Of a stretch of 64,000 nt of DNA, positions 28,520 through 42,829 are shown one piece after another. The stretch lies in assembly GCF_009914755.1 (NCBI RefSeq), contig NC_060932.1; one strand, written 5' to 3'. The position numbers were made by a program, and so were the translations under genes. Under the pieces are notes generated by a model, which had not been told where the DNA came from, made no database searches, and was given only the letters and a program-made list of their open reading frames with translations. Position 1 is the first letter of the stretch. Every line of letters begins with the position of its first letter. Source of the stretch: the human T2T-CHM13v2.0 reference genome, Homo sapiens.

Positions 28520-28850
28520 AGGAATCTAGGTTAGGATTTGTTAAGTCTGAGATGCCTCAGATCAATCCAAATGAAAATATTGAGTAGGCAGTAGAGTAAG
28601 TATGAAGTTCAGGAAACAGAATGGGGCTGGTATATTAATTTGGGAGTTACTAGTGTAAAGATTGTATGTATAGTCATGTTACAGGATGTTGTACCCAAAA
28701 GAGTGACTAACATTAAAAAGGGAAAAGGTGCAAGGACAGAGAGCTGCACATCTTAATAATAGGGAGAAGAGAAGAACACCAGCAAAGAGGATTGAGTAGT
28801 AACCAAAGTGAAAGAAAAGCCTGGGAAGTGACTGGAGGTCTTGACAACAC
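28520..28850 (-). mobile_element. L2 relic
   Basis: TTAAGTCTGAGATGCCT...TTGAGTAGGCAG...AATTTGGGAGTT antisense L2 motifs. Confidence 0.6.
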
Positions 28851-29664
28851 AGTGGTCTAATTTTGAATTTATGTGATTCCTTTCATCTTAGCCAGCTGAC
28901 AAAGAAACAGTCTCGCATCAAGTGCACAGGCTACTTCTTGATTTCTGCTGATAGAAACCTCAGTGATGAAAGAGGAGCAGTATCACTTGAGTCCATGAAA
29001 TTCCCACTTGACTCCTAACAATGGACTTGGGGATATCGGCAGCTGAGCCCTCATCCTGGTTGCTCCCTTTTGAGTTCTATGGATCAAGGAATTGAAGCTA
29101 GCCAAGATGTTTTACTTAATATGAAATAAAATATGCATTTCTATGAATATAATAAAATGATTTGCCAGAGAATTACTGAACATATACCTTTTACCCTGTG
29201 TTGATTGGAAAACACCACTTTTATAAATTAGATTACCTTTTTGTTTGGGGAATGAAGAAAGCCATTATTAAGATATTAGGTCGTGAACGTAAACTTCTTT
29301 CAGTACTGGCTGGTGACATCACACAACAGTGGAACAGGCTTAAATTCTCATTCTAGCTAACTTCTCTTAAACTGCTTTGCATGATCATCATCTGTGTTAA
29401 TGTACTTTTCTGTAAATTTCAGGTATTATTTTTTCAGATGTTTCTTGTATAGACAAAGTGTATAATCTGTCTGATTTTATCTTAAAGTGAGAATGAGGTA
29501 TAGGAACTAACTTTCCTTTGGTTAAAGATAAATTTTGAGCTTATTACAGAGGCATAATGTTAGCTGATAGCTGTTAAAAGAGGGCCAAATGTTGTTTAAC
29601 ACATTGGCCCTGTTGGACCAACAAAACAACAACTTCCTTACAACTCTGAGGGACCTGTTGGGGT

Positions 29665-29850
29665 AAGCTAGCTTCAAATGCTGACCCTGACACTTGCATT
29701 TGAATTACCTCAGGCAAGTCAGTTAATATCTCTGAGGCTTGGTCATCATTTATGAAATACAATAGCATCTCCTTTGCCGATTTAGTTGAGGGTTATAGGA
29801 GATATTATATGTGAAATCACCTAGCACAAAGCAGGTACTCAACAAAGTTG
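29665..29850 (+). mobile_element. MIR
   Basis: ACCTCAGGCAAGTCAGTTAATATCTCTGAG core and CCTAGCACA...GGTACTCAACAAA 3' end. Confidence 0.7.
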
Positions 29851-29979
29851 AACACGTGTGGGGTGAGGTCAGTCTGGCTATGCTTGTGTGAAAGAAGAAA
29901 TAATAAAGTGAACCAGCTCAAAATTAGAAGACCTACAAATGAAAGAGAGGGACAGAAAAAGTGAAGGGAGAATTTGTGA

Positions 29980-30391
<412 letters not shown>

Positions 30392-32141
30392 TCAAAGAAA
30401 ACATTTCTAATTGACAATAAGAAATAAGAGTAATGACAACTAACAGATATTTAGAAAGCCTGCCTCCATTTTATAATTTTCCCATTTTGTATATGTTATT
30501 GTCCTCATTTTACTGATGACAAAATTCAAAGTGTTTAACTGACTTAATCAAGGACACACAGGGAAAAAACCAGCAGGTTTAGTTGCAGCATCTAGGAAGG
30601 GCTTTCAGTTTTTGTCTTTCGGAACTGATTTTTTTAAAAGAGAAGAGCATTAAAAGGAGAAGAATACAAAGCTGAAGCTTGACAGCTGAATAAGCACAGT
30701 AGTTTAGGAATATATAAACATTTCTTGTAGAACAGTCATTGAAAATATGTTAAGATCACAAGGCCATCTTTAGCTGGCAGCCAAACAACAGTAAAAGTCA
30801 TTTGGAAAAAGGATACAGTAACCATCAAGGACTGTATCATAATTAACACTTAGTTGCCTCTGCCTGAAGAATAGAGCAGTGAGAAGAAAATGTGTCTTAG
30901 TCACAATCAAATGAAATGTTTTGGGCCTAGAGCCAAACCAAAAACATCCTGTGATTAAATTATTTTTCAGGTCCCTAAAATTAACTTGCTCATTTTTATT
31001 TTTTTCTCCTATATCCTAAGACATCTACAAAATGAGGGCTTGGGATCAAATAATCTCTATGCTCTTTTCCAGTTCTTAAATTTCAGGATTCTATTCAATG
31101 TTTTAGTTAAGGAGGGTACGGAAGGAATTGAACTTTTAGTGGAAAATTTCTGTTTCATCAGAAAGATAAAGTTATGTGTCCTTGACAGTATTTCTCCATA
31201 TGAAATTATTTTTTCTCTTTATAGTTCATGCTTAACACATCAGCAAGAGAAGATTTCAAAAAATTCATTTCAGGCCAGATGGATATGGAAGGATCATAAG
31301 CACAGAAACTATAACAAGCAATCTCAGAATCCTAATCCTAGATTGGAAAGATTCTTAAGCAAACTAAAAAATTAAGAACCAATGAGAGTTCCTGTATAAC
31401 CAAAATCACCAAAATTTGCCACCTTGAATGGTCTGTTTAATTTGGTTATTCTAATGGTCAGTTTGGTGGGAGAAGCAGTTGATGGTGTTACAGAATTAAT
31501 CGATACACTGACTAAATCAAATCTATAAATGCAAGTAAATTAGGGGCACATTTTGAATGGAGGCTTAAAGTCATCTACTTATTTTAATGGCAATATACAC
31601 TATTATTAGACAAAAAAGTCAAGGACAAGTTCATTCTGTGAAATGATAGGACTTGGGTCTTCTCAAATTCATGCCACACTGGCAAGATATCTCATACTTT
31701 ACCAAATACAATATAACCCTATCAATTTCTCAATTTCAAGTTACAGGAAATTGAGAAAGAAAATATGTTCATAGGATTCTCATTACTAAAGCAAGAGAGA
31801 AGTGTTTTGTTGATTATATCATCAATTAATTAAGAATTATTAGTAATAAGAAAACAGGTATTTTTAAAATTCTGTCACCACTGAAAACAGATTCGTTACA
31901 CACTGGTTCAATAGTACAAAATAATCTTAATGTGACAAGTTTTATAATCTAATGCCAGTACATTGTTTTGTATAAATTATTTAAGTTATCTGGGACTCTA
32001 TTTCTTCATCTGTAATAGAAGTTTAGACTGAATTAATCATTCTCAGACAATGAGGACACATAATAATTATAAATATCTTTGAACACTATATTAGTCTCTT
32101 CTCACATTGCTATAAAGAAATATTTGAGCTGATCAGGCTGG

Positions 32142-32152
32142 CAAGATGGCCG
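32142..32152 (+). promoter_or_regulatory. YY1 motif of the L1 internal promoter (copy B)
   Basis: Intact CAAGATGGCCG. Confidence 0.7.
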
Positions 32153-33457
32153 AATAGGAACAGTTCTGGTCTGCAGCTCCCAGCAAGATTGACACAGAAA
32201 GCGGGTGATTTCTGCATCTCCCACTGAGGTACCTGGTTCATCTCACTGGGAATGGTTGGACAGTGGATGAAGCCCATGGAGGGTGAGCCGAAGCAGTGTG
32301 GGACATCACTTCAACTGGGAAGTGAAAGAGGTCAGAGGATTTCCCTCCCCTAGCCAAGGGAAGCCGTGCGAGGCTGTATCAGGAGGAACGGTGCACTCCA
32401 GCCCAGTTACTATGCTTTTCCCATGGTCTTTGCGACTGGCAGACCAGGAGATTCCCACCAGTGCCTATGCCACCAGGACCCTGTGTTTCAAGCTCAAAAC
32501 TGGGTAGCCGTTTGGGCAGACACTGAGCAGGCTACAAGAGCTTTTTTTTTTTTTTTTTTTTACACCCCAGTGGCACCTGTAATACCAGTGAGTCAGAACC
32601 ATTCACTTCCCTGGAAAGGGGGCTGAAGCCAGGGAGCCAAGTGGTCTGGCTTGGCTGGTCCCACCCCCATGGAGCTCAGCAAGCTAAGATCCACTGGTTT
32701 GAAATTCTCGCTGGAAGCACAGCAGTCTGAGGTCGACATGGGACGCTTGAGCTTGGTGGGGGCAGGGTTGTCCGCCATTGCTGAGTAGGCGGTTTTACCC
32801 TCACAGTGTAAACAAAGTCGCTGGGAAGTTCGGACTGGGCGGAACCCACTGCAGCTCAGCAAGGCCACTGCAGCCAGACTGCCTCTCTAGATTCCTCCTC
32901 TCTGGACAGGGCATCTCTGAAAAAAAAGGGCAGTAGCCCCAGTCAGGGACTTATAGATCAAAACCCCCATATCCTTGGAACAGAGCACCAGGGGGAAGGG
33001 GCGGCTGTGGGTGCAGCTTCAGCAGACTTAAACGTCCCTGCCTGCCAGCTCTGAAGAGAGCAGCAGATCTCCCAGCACAGTGTTTGAGCTCTGATAAGGG
33101 TCAGTCTGCCTCCTCAAGTGGGTCCCAGACCTCCAGGTATCCTGACTAGGAAACACATCATACAGGAGAGATCTGGCTGGCATCTGGAGGATGCCCCTCT
33201 GGACAAAGCTTCCAGAGGAAAGAACAGGCAGCAATCTTTGCTGTTCTACAGCCTCTGCTGGTGATAGCCAGGCAAACAGAGTCTGAAATGGACCTCCAGC
33301 AAACTCCAGCAGACCTGCAGCAGAGGGGCCTGACTGATAGAAGGAAAACTAACAAACAGAAAGGAATAGTATCAACATCAACAAAAAGGGTGTCCACTGA
33401 GAGACCCCATCCAAATGTCACCAAAATCAAAGACCAAAGGTAGATGAATCCAAGAAG

Positions 33458-34480
33458 ATGGGGAAAAAACCAGCGCAAAAAGGCTGAAAATTGCAAAAAC
33501 CAGAATGCCTCTTGTCCTTGAAAGGATTACAACTCCTTGCCAGCAAAGGAACAAAACTGGATGGAGAATGAGTTTGATGAATTTACAGAAGTAGGCTTCA
33601 GAAGGTGGGTAATAACAAACTCCTATGAGCTACAGGAGCATGTTCTAACCCAATGCAAGGAAGCTAAGAACCTTGAAAAAAGGTTAGACAAATTGCTAAC
33701 TAGAATAGCCAGTTTAGAGAAGAACATAAATCACCTGATGCAGCTGAAAAATACAGAACGAGAATTTCGTGAAGCATGCACAAGTATCAACTGCTGAATC
33801 AATCAAGCCTAACAAAGGATATCAAAGATTGAAGATCAACTCAATGAAATAAAGTGAGAAGACAAGATTATAGAAAAAAGAGTGAATAAAAACAAAGAAA
33901 GCCTCCAAGAAATATGGGACAATGTGAAAAGACCAAATCTACATTTGATTGGTGTACCTGAAAGTGATGGGGAGAACGGAACCAAGTTGAAAAACACTCT
34001 TCAGGATATTATCCAGGAGAACTTCCCCAACCTAGCAAAACAGGCCAACATTCAAATTCAAGAAATACAGAGAACACCACAAAGATACTCCTTGAGAAGA
34101 GCAAACCCAAGACACATAATCTTCAGATTCACCAAGGTTGAAATGAAGGAAAAAAATGTTAAGGGCAGCCAGAGAGAAAGGTCAGGTTACCTACAAATGG
34201 AAGCCCATCAGACTAACAGTGGATGTCTGCAGAAACTCTACAAGCCAGAAGAGAGTGGGGGCCAATATTCAACATTCTTAAAGAGAATTTTCAACCCAGA
34301 ATTTCACATCCAGCCAAATTAAGCTTCGTAAATGAAGGAGAAATAAAATCCTTCACAGATAAGCAAATGCTGAGAGATTTTGTCACCACCAGGCCTGCCT
34401 TACAAGAGCTCCTGAAGGAAGCACTAAACATGGAAAGGAACAACCGGTACCAGCCACTGCAAAAACATACCAAATTGCAA
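33458..34480 (+). pseudogene. Disrupted L1 ORF1 (copy B)
   Basis: SLQEIWDNVKRPNLHLIGVPESDGENGTKL and ETLQARREWGPIF peptides split by stops and frameshifts. Confidence 0.9.
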
Positions 34481-34715
34481 AGACCATTCACACAATGAAA
34501 AAACTGCATCAACTAATGGGCAAAATAATGAGCTAGCATCATAATGACAGGATCAAATTCACACATAACAGCATTAACCTTAAATGTAAATGGGCTAAAT
34601 GCCCCAATTAAAAGACACAGACTGGCAAACTGGATAAAGAGTCAGGACCCATTGGTGTTCTGTATTCAGGAGACCCATCTCATGTGCAAAGATGCACATA
34701 GGCTCAAAATAAAGG

Positions 34716-36383
34716 TGAGAGGTGACAGTGTGCTGGCAGTCCTCACAGCCCTCACTCACTCTTGGTGCCTCCTCTTCCTGGGCTCCCAATTTGGTGGCAC
34801 TTGAGGAGACCTTCAGCCCACCGCTGCACTGCAGGAGCCCCTTTCTGGGCTGGCCAAGGCTGGAGCCCACTCCCTCAGATTGCAGGGAGGTGTGGAGGGA
34901 GAGGCGCAAGCGGGAACCGGGGCTGCGTGCGGCGCTTGCGGGCCAGCTGGAGTTCTGGGTGGGCGTGGTCTTGGCGGGCCCCACACTTGGAGCAGCCAGC
35001 CAGCCCTGCTGGCCCTGGGCAATGAGGGACTTAGCACCCAGGCCAGTGGCTGCGGAGGGTGTACTGGGTCCCCCAGCAGTGCCAGCCCACTGGTGCTGCG
35101 CTCGATTTCTCACCGAGCCTTAGCTGCCTTCCCGCAGGGCAGGGCTCGGAACCTGCAGCCCACCATGCCTGAGCCTCCCACCCACTCCATGGGCTCCTGT
35201 GCAGCCCAAGCCTCTCCAACGAGCACCACACCCTGCTCCATGGTGCCCAGTCCCATCGACCACCCAAGGGCTGAGGAATGCAAGCGCATGGCACAAGACT
35301 GGCAGGCAGCTCCACCTGCAGCCCCAGTGCAGGATCCACTAGGTGAAGCCAGCTGGGCTCCTGAGTCTGGTGGGGACGTGGAGAGTCTTTATATCTAGCT
35401 CAGGGATTGTAAACACACCAATCAGCACCCTGTGTCTAGCTCAAGGTTTGTGAGTGCACCAATCGACACTCTGTATCTAGCCACTCTGATGGGGCCTTGG
35501 AGAACCTTTATGTCTAGCTCAGGGATTGTAAATACACCAATCGGCACTCTGTATCTAGCTCAAGGTTTGTAAACACACTAATCAGCACCCTGTGTTTAGC
35601 TCAAGGTTTGTGAGTTCACCAGTCGACACTCTGTGTCTAGCTGCTCTTGTGAGGACGTGGAGAACCTTTATGTCTAGCTCAAGGATTGTAAATACACCAA
35701 TCGGCACTCTGTATCTAGCTCAAGGTTTGTGAATGCACCAATCGACACTCTGTATCTAGCTGCTCTGGTGGGGCCTTGGAGAACCTGTGTGTCAAAACTC
35801 TGTATCTAACTCATCTGATGGGGATGTGGAGAACCTTTGTATCTAGCTCAGGGATTGTAAATGCACCAATCAGCACCCTGACAAAACAGGCCACTCGGCT
35901 CTACCAATCAGCAGGATGTCGGTGGGGCCAGATAAGAGAATAAAAGCAGGCTGCCCAAGCCAGCATTGGCAACCCGCTCGGGTCCCCTTCCACACTGTGG
36001 AAGCTTTGTTCTTTCGCTCTTTGCAATAAATCTTGCTACTGCTCACTCTTTGGGTCCACGCTGCTTTTATGAGCTGTAATACTCACTGCGAAGATCTGCA
36101 GCTTCACTCCTGAGCCCAGCAAGACCACGAGCCCACCGGGAGGAACAAACAACTCCAGACGTGCTACCTTAAGAGCTGTAACACTCACCGTGAAGGTCTG
36201 CAGCTTCACTCCTGAGCCAGCGAGACCACGAACCCACCAGAAGGAAGAAACTCCAAACACATCTGAACATCAGAAGGGACAGACTCCAGACGCACTACCT
36301 TAAGAGCTGTAACACTCACCGTGAGGGTCTGCGGCTTCATTCTTGAAGTCAGTGAGACCAAGAACCCACCAATTCTGGACACA
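34716..36383 (+). mobile_element. Solo LTR12C (ERV9 LTR)
   Basis: Starts TGAGAGGTGACAGTGTGCTGGCAG and ends CCAATTCTGGACACA. GC-rich U3, tandem CCAAT repeats, and a 4-bp TSD AAGG (34712-34715 / 36384-36387). Confidence 0.96.
35390..35950 (+). promoter_or_regulatory. LTR12 U3 tandem-repeat enhancer/promoter (NF-Y CCAAT and GATA motifs)
   Basis: Repeated TATCTAGCTCAxGGxTTGT...CACCAATC units with CCAAT at ~35418, 35459, 35537, 35697, 35738, 35866 and 35904, followed by GATAAGAGAATAAAAG. Confidence 0.85.
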
Positions 36384-36417
36384 AAGGGATGGGGGGAGAT
36401 TTACCAAGCAAATGGAA

Positions 36418-36420
<3 letters not shown>

Positions 36421-36462
<42 letters not shown>
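36421..36462 (+). repeat. A42 homopolymer inside L1 ORF2
   Basis: Direct count. It expands the short GGAAAGCAAAAAA run of L1. Confidence 0.95.
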
Positions 36463-36469
<7 letters not shown>

Positions 36470-38319
36470 TTGCAATCCTAGTCTCTAATAAAACAGATTT
36501 TAAACCAACAAAAATCAAAAGAGACAAAGAAGGGCATTACATAATGGTAAAGGAATCAAGGCAACAAGAAGAGCTAACTATCTTAAATATATATGCACCC
36601 AATACAGGAGCACCCAGATTCATACAGCAAGTTCTTAGAGATCTAAAAGGAGACTTAGACTCCCACATAATAATAGTGTCACTCCGCTGTCAATGTTAGA
36701 CAGATCAATGAGACAGAAAATTAACAAGAATATCCAGAACTTGAACTCAGCTTTGGACCAAGCAGACCCAACAGATATCTAGAGAACTCTCCACCCCAAA
36801 TCAACAGAACATACATTCTTCTCAGCACTACATCACACTGATTCTAAAATTGATCACATAAATAGAAGTAAAACACTCCTCAGCAAATGCAAAAGAATGG
36901 AAATCATAACAAACAGTCTTTCAGACCACAGTGCAATCAACTTAAAACTTAGGATTAAGAAACTCACTCAAAGTCACACAACTAAATGGAAACTGAACAA
37001 CCTGCTCCTGAATGACTACTAGGTAAATAACAAAATTAAGGCAGAAATGAATAAGTTATTTGAAACCAATGAGAACAAAGACACAATGTACCAGAATCTC
37101 TGGGACACATTTACAGCAGTGTGTAGAGAGAAATGTATAGCATTAAATGCCCACAAGTGAAAGCAGAAAAGATCTAAAATCAACAACTTAACATCACAAT
37201 TAAAAGAACTAGAGAAGCAAGAGCAAACAAATTCAAAAGCTAGCAGAAGACAAGAAATAACTAAGACCAGAGCAGAAATGAAGGAGATAGAGACACAAAA
37301 AACCCTTCAAAAATCAATGAATCCAGGAGCTGGTTTTTTTAAAATGTCAACAAAATAGATAGACTACTAGCCAGACTAATAAAGAAGAAAAAAGAGAAGA
37401 ATCAAACAGATGCAATAAAAAATGGTAAAGGGGATATCACCACTGATCCCACAGAAACACAAACTACCGTCAGAGAATACTATAAACACCTCTACACAAA
37501 TAAACTAGAAAATCTAGAAGAAATTGATAAATTCCTGGACACATACACCCTTCCAAGCCTAAACATGGAAGAAATCAAATCCCTGAATAGACCAATAACA
37601 CATTCTGAAATTGAGGCAGTAATTAATAGCCTACCAACCAAAAAAAGTCCAGGACCAGACAGATTAACAGCCAAATTCTACCAGTTACAAAGGGGAGCTG
37701 TTAGCACTCCTTCTGAAACTATTCCCAACAATAGAAAAAGAGGGAATACTCTGTGACTCATTTTATGAGGCCAGCATCATCCTGATACAAAAACCTGGCA
37801 GAGACACTACAGAAAAAGAAAATTTCAGGACAATATCACTGATGACCATAAATACAAAAATCCTCAATAAAATACTGACAAAACAAATCCAGCAGCACAT
37901 TAAAAAGTTTATTCACTATGATCAAGTCGACTTCATACCAAGGATGCAAGCCTGGTTCAACATAACGCAAATCAATAAACGTAATCCATCACATCAGCAG
38001 AACCAATGACAAAAACCACATGATTATCTCAATAGATGCAGAAAAGACCTTTGAAAAAATTAATCACCCCTTCATGCTAAAAACTCCCAATAAACTAGGT
38101 ATAGATGGAGCGTATCTCAAAATAATAACAGCTATTTAGGACAAAGTCACAGCCAATATCATACTGAATGGGCAAAAACTGGAAGCATTCCTTTTGAAAA
38201 CCGGCACAAGACAAAGATACCCTCTCTCACTGGTCCTATTCAACATAGTATTGGAAGTTCTGGCCAGGACACTCAGGCAGGAGAAAGAAATAAAGGGTAT
38301 TCAATTAGGAAAAGGGTAA

Positions 38320-38409
<90 letters not shown>

Positions 38410-38412
38410 TAG

Positions 38413-38601
<189 letters not shown>

Positions 38602-40699
38602 TAGAAAGTAAGAGAGGACACAAACAAATGCAAAAACATTCCATGCTCATGGATAGGAAGAATCAGTATCATGAAAAGGGCTATACTGCCCAAAGTAATT
38701 TGTAGATTCAATGCTATCCCCATCAAGCTACCATTGACTTTCTTCACAGAATTGGAAAAGACTACTTTAAATTTCATATGGAACCATAAAAGAGCCTGCA
38801 TAGCCAATACTAAGCAAAAAGAACAAAGCTTGAAGCATCACACTACCTAACCTCAAACTATACTACAAGGCTAAAGTAACCAAAACAGCATGGTACTGGT
38901 ACCAAAATAGATATATAGACCAATGGAACAGAACAGAGGCCTCAGAAATAACACCACACATCTACAACCACCTGATCTTTGACAAAAACAAGCGATGGGG
39001 AAAAGATTCCCTATTTAATAAATGGTGTTGGGAAAACTGGCTAGCCATATGCAGAAAGCTGAAACTGGATCTCTTCCTTACCCCCTTATGTAAAAATTAA
39101 CTCAAGATGGATTAAAGACTTAAACATAAGACCTAAAACCATAAAAACCCTAGAAGCAAACCTAGGCAATAGCATTCAGGACATAGGCATGGGCATAGTC
39201 TTCATGACTAAAACACCAAAAGCAATGGCAACAAAAGCCAAAATAGAAAAATGGGATCTAATTAAACTAAAGAGCTTCTGCACAGCAAAAAAAAAAAAAA
39301 AAGAAAAAGAAAAAAGAAAAAAATTATCATCAGAGTGAACAGGCAACCTGCAGAATGGGAGAAAAATTTTGAAATCTATTCATCTGACAAAGGGCTAATA
39401 TCCAGAATCTACAAAGAACTTAAACAAATCTACAAGAAAAGAAAAAACAACTTCATCAAAAAGTGGGTGAAGGATATGAACACACACTTCTCAAAAAAGA
39501 CATTTATGCAGACAACAAACATGAAGAAAACCTCATCAACACTGGTCATTAGAGAAATGCAAATCAAAACCACAATCAAATACCATCTCACATCAGTTAG
39601 AATGGCAATCATTAAAAAGTCAAGAAACAACAGATGATGGAGAGGATGTGGAGAAATAGGAATGCTTTTATACTGTTGGTGGGAGTTTAAATTAGTTCAA
39701 CCACTGTGGAAGACAGTGTGGCGATTCCTCAAGGATCTAGAACTAGAACTACCATTTGACCCAGCCATCCCATTACTGGGTATATACCCAAAGAATTATA
39801 AATCATTCTACTATAAAGATACACTCACACATATATTTATTGCAGCACTGTTCACAATAGCAAAGACTTGGAACCAACCCAAATGCCCATCAATGATAGA
39901 CTGGATATAGGAAATGTGTCACATATACACTATGGAATACTATGCAGCCATAAAAAGGATGAGTTCATGTCCTTTTCAAGGACATGGATGAAGTTGGAAA
40001 CCATCATTCTCAGCAAACTAACACAAGAACAGAAAACCAAATAGCGCATGTTCTCACTCATAAGCAGGATTTGAACTATGAGAACACATGGACACAGGGA
40101 GGGTAACATCACACACATGGGGGCCTGGCATGGGGATGGGGGGCTAGGGGAGGGATAGCATTAAGGGAAATACCTAATGTAAATGACGGACGATTTGTTG
40201 ATGGGTGCAGCAAACCACCATGGCATGTGTATACCTATGTAACAAACCTGCATGCTCTGCACATATATCCCAGAGCTTAAAGTATAATAATAATACAAAA
40301 ATAAATATTTGATAGTGGGCAATTTATAAAGAAAAGACATTTAAACAGCTTATCAATTTTCAGGCTGTACAGGAGGGATGCTGGCATCTGCTTGGCATCT
40401 GGTGGGGCCTCAAGGAACTTACAATCATGGTAGAAGGCAAAGGGGGAGCCAGTACTTCACATGGCCAGAGCAGAAGGAAGAGAGTGAGTGGGGGATGGGA
40501 TAAACACTTCAAAATGATAAGATCTCATGAGAACTCACTCACTATCACAAGAACAGCACCAAGGGCATGTTGCTAAACTATTCATGAAGGTTCCACCTCC
40601 ATGATTCAATCACCTCCCCTCAGACCCCACCTCTAACACTGGGGATTACAATTCCACATGAGATTTGGGTAGTGACACAGATCCAAATCATATCAAACA

Positions 40700-40880
40700 T
40701 TACGGGTTGAAAATTATTCTAAGTGCTTTTACATGTATACATTTATCAAGTCTTTAAAACAACTACATAAGGTAGTCACTAATATTATCATTCCTAGTTT
40801 TAAAGATTATAAAACTGAGGCACAGAGAGTTTATCTGGTACCAGAGTCCATGGTCATAATCATAATGCAGTATTGCATAT
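40700..40880 (-). mobile_element. MIR relic
   Basis: TAAGTGCTTTTACATGTAT...AAAACTGAGGCACAGAGAG. Confidence 0.65.
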
Positions 40881-40934
40881 TTTTCAAATAACATGTGCTT
40901 CTATATTCTCCTCCATCACTTGAGAACATTACCT

Positions 40935-41085
40935 CTGGTGGGTAGAATAATGACTGCTGTGGACACCTTGATTTTAGCCTCATGAGACTCGCTGCAGACT
41001 TCTGACCTATAGAGCTGTAAAATAATAGGTTTGTGTTAAGTCACTAAATCTACAATAATTTTTTATAGTGGCAATAGGAAATAGA
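40935..41085 (+). mobile_element. Internally deleted MLT1 LTR
   Basis: GGACACCTTGATTTTAGCC...GACTTCTGACCTATAGAGCTGTAAAATAATA. Confidence 0.7.
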
Positions 41086-42829
41086 AATCCACTACTATGG
41101 TGAGTATCTCTTAATGATTGGTCTGTTTCTCAGGTTTGCTGGGATGAAAGAAAGCTCAAAAATCCATGATTAGAAAAGCTCTGAGGTCCTTTTAGCTCTG
41201 AGATCATATACACATATATGATGTATATTTTGTAGCCACATGTGATAAATTCCCATCTTAACAGGCAGCCTTTAGGATGAGGCTTCATGAAAGGCTCTGA
41301 CAAAAACAAGAGCAACACATTCCAATTATATCTGTGAGATAATACCAGGAACTTACAGTCAAATTAAGTGAAATTGATATACAGGGTCAATATTTTTATG
41401 TAGTCATATATATTCTGCAAAATTATTTAAAACATTAATAGAGGTATCAGCATAAACAAACAGGTTAATGAGATTTCTTCATGAGAAAAAAGAAGCTGCA
41501 TCGATTTATATTTATTTATGAATTAAAAGATCTCTAGACTGGAGTCAGATCCTATTAGATGATAGTCTTAATTCAAAACGTGAATATATTTGAGAACACC
41601 ATGTAAGTTGTTTTTTTTTTTTTTTTTCTAATACAAATGGTCTTGCTCCAAGAAGGGTTAGTGCTTTAATAGTCCTTCTTCCATGTTTAGGATTTGTGTG
41701 TGCAAGTGTGTCTTTAATAACCTAAGATGATTGATTGGAACCAAAACAGACATGCATTGTATCAAAGGTGAGATGAGACAGACAAAGATGAGCTAATTGA
41801 GCCAGTTTCAATCTATAACATTACTAAGCAAAGTCTAAATCATGATATAATAAGGAGATTAATCTAGAAAAAAGCAGAGGATTATGTTAAATTCACAGAA
41901 GGAAAAAATATTTGTGCATAATTCTTTGTATAATCATTTGATGAGCTTCTTGAAAATTTCAAAATAACAGAAAATTTTGAGCCATTCTTACAGCAATATT
42001 TAGCTGACATAACTGATTTTGACATTGTCTTATATTTAGGTTGCATATGAAGGGAGTTTTCTCACTTACCTTCAGGGATATCAGGAGCAGGTTCAGAAAT
42101 GAACAAATTGGCAAACACTTAGAGAGGTACTTGCTCAGGATCACATAAATTACAGTGTTTTATAATGCCTTACACAACACTGAAATCATTCAGAGAGTAT
42201 CATGACAAGAAGCTAAATCTCAGCGGAACTTAAAAAACGTATTTTTAACATCTTAGAATTTCCAGCCCATGTGGAAAAGTAGATTCCATTTCCTAAAAAG
42301 ACTATAATAACTGTGTGACTATTAGAACAGAGTTGCTTGTGTAGCTCAGCTGGTTTTTCCTGAAACTTATTACTGTACAAATCAAAATTGACTGTATGCA
42401 TTTTACAAAAACATTGTGTTGTCTCGAAGTAGCATCTTCCATCAGAGGTGTGAGGTTAGGAAGTGCACTACAGGGGGTTAACAGTTGTTTATAAAACATG
42501 AATTTATAAAGCGTATATTGCATAATTGCAAAGGGGCAAAAGAGTGATCCCAAAAAACGGAAGTGAATATGGTTTTTCAAAGATCTGTTTAGACAAGCAA
42601 GACACGAATATAAAAGCAGGATGGAGAAAAATGAAGCACACAAACAAGTATATAATAATGTAACCTGGGCTATGGCCTTGAGTGCTGAGGAAAGAGAAGG
42701 TGGGGCAGATCAATGGAAGCTCAGTTAGTGAGAAAAGGCTGCTGAAGAGCAGGTCTGGAGTGGTCAGGCTGTGGCGTTCACAGGAGAGAAAGAAGCGCCT
42801 TCCAGGCAGATGAGAATGAAAATACTAAT

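Noticed and set aside
30986-31375. 129-aa ORF (also 52737-53105 and 42302-42643)
   Set aside because: Non-ATG starts, AT-rich low-information composition, and no recognisable domain or exon structure.
34595-35398. Cluster of long overlapping ORFs (up to 172 aa) on both strands
   Set aside because: They lie in the GC-rich U3 of LTR12C, where stop codons are rare. They show no protein-family features.
35390-35890. Repeat-spacer-like array resembling CRISPR
   Set aside because: These are the known LTR12 U3 tandem repeats. The spacers are themselves repeated, there are no cas genes, and the DNA is primate.
36343-36699. Chimeric LTR-polyLys-L1 endonuclease ORF
   Set aside because: Non-ATG start, poly-Lys comes from the A42 run, and the EN fragment is partial and ends in a deletion.
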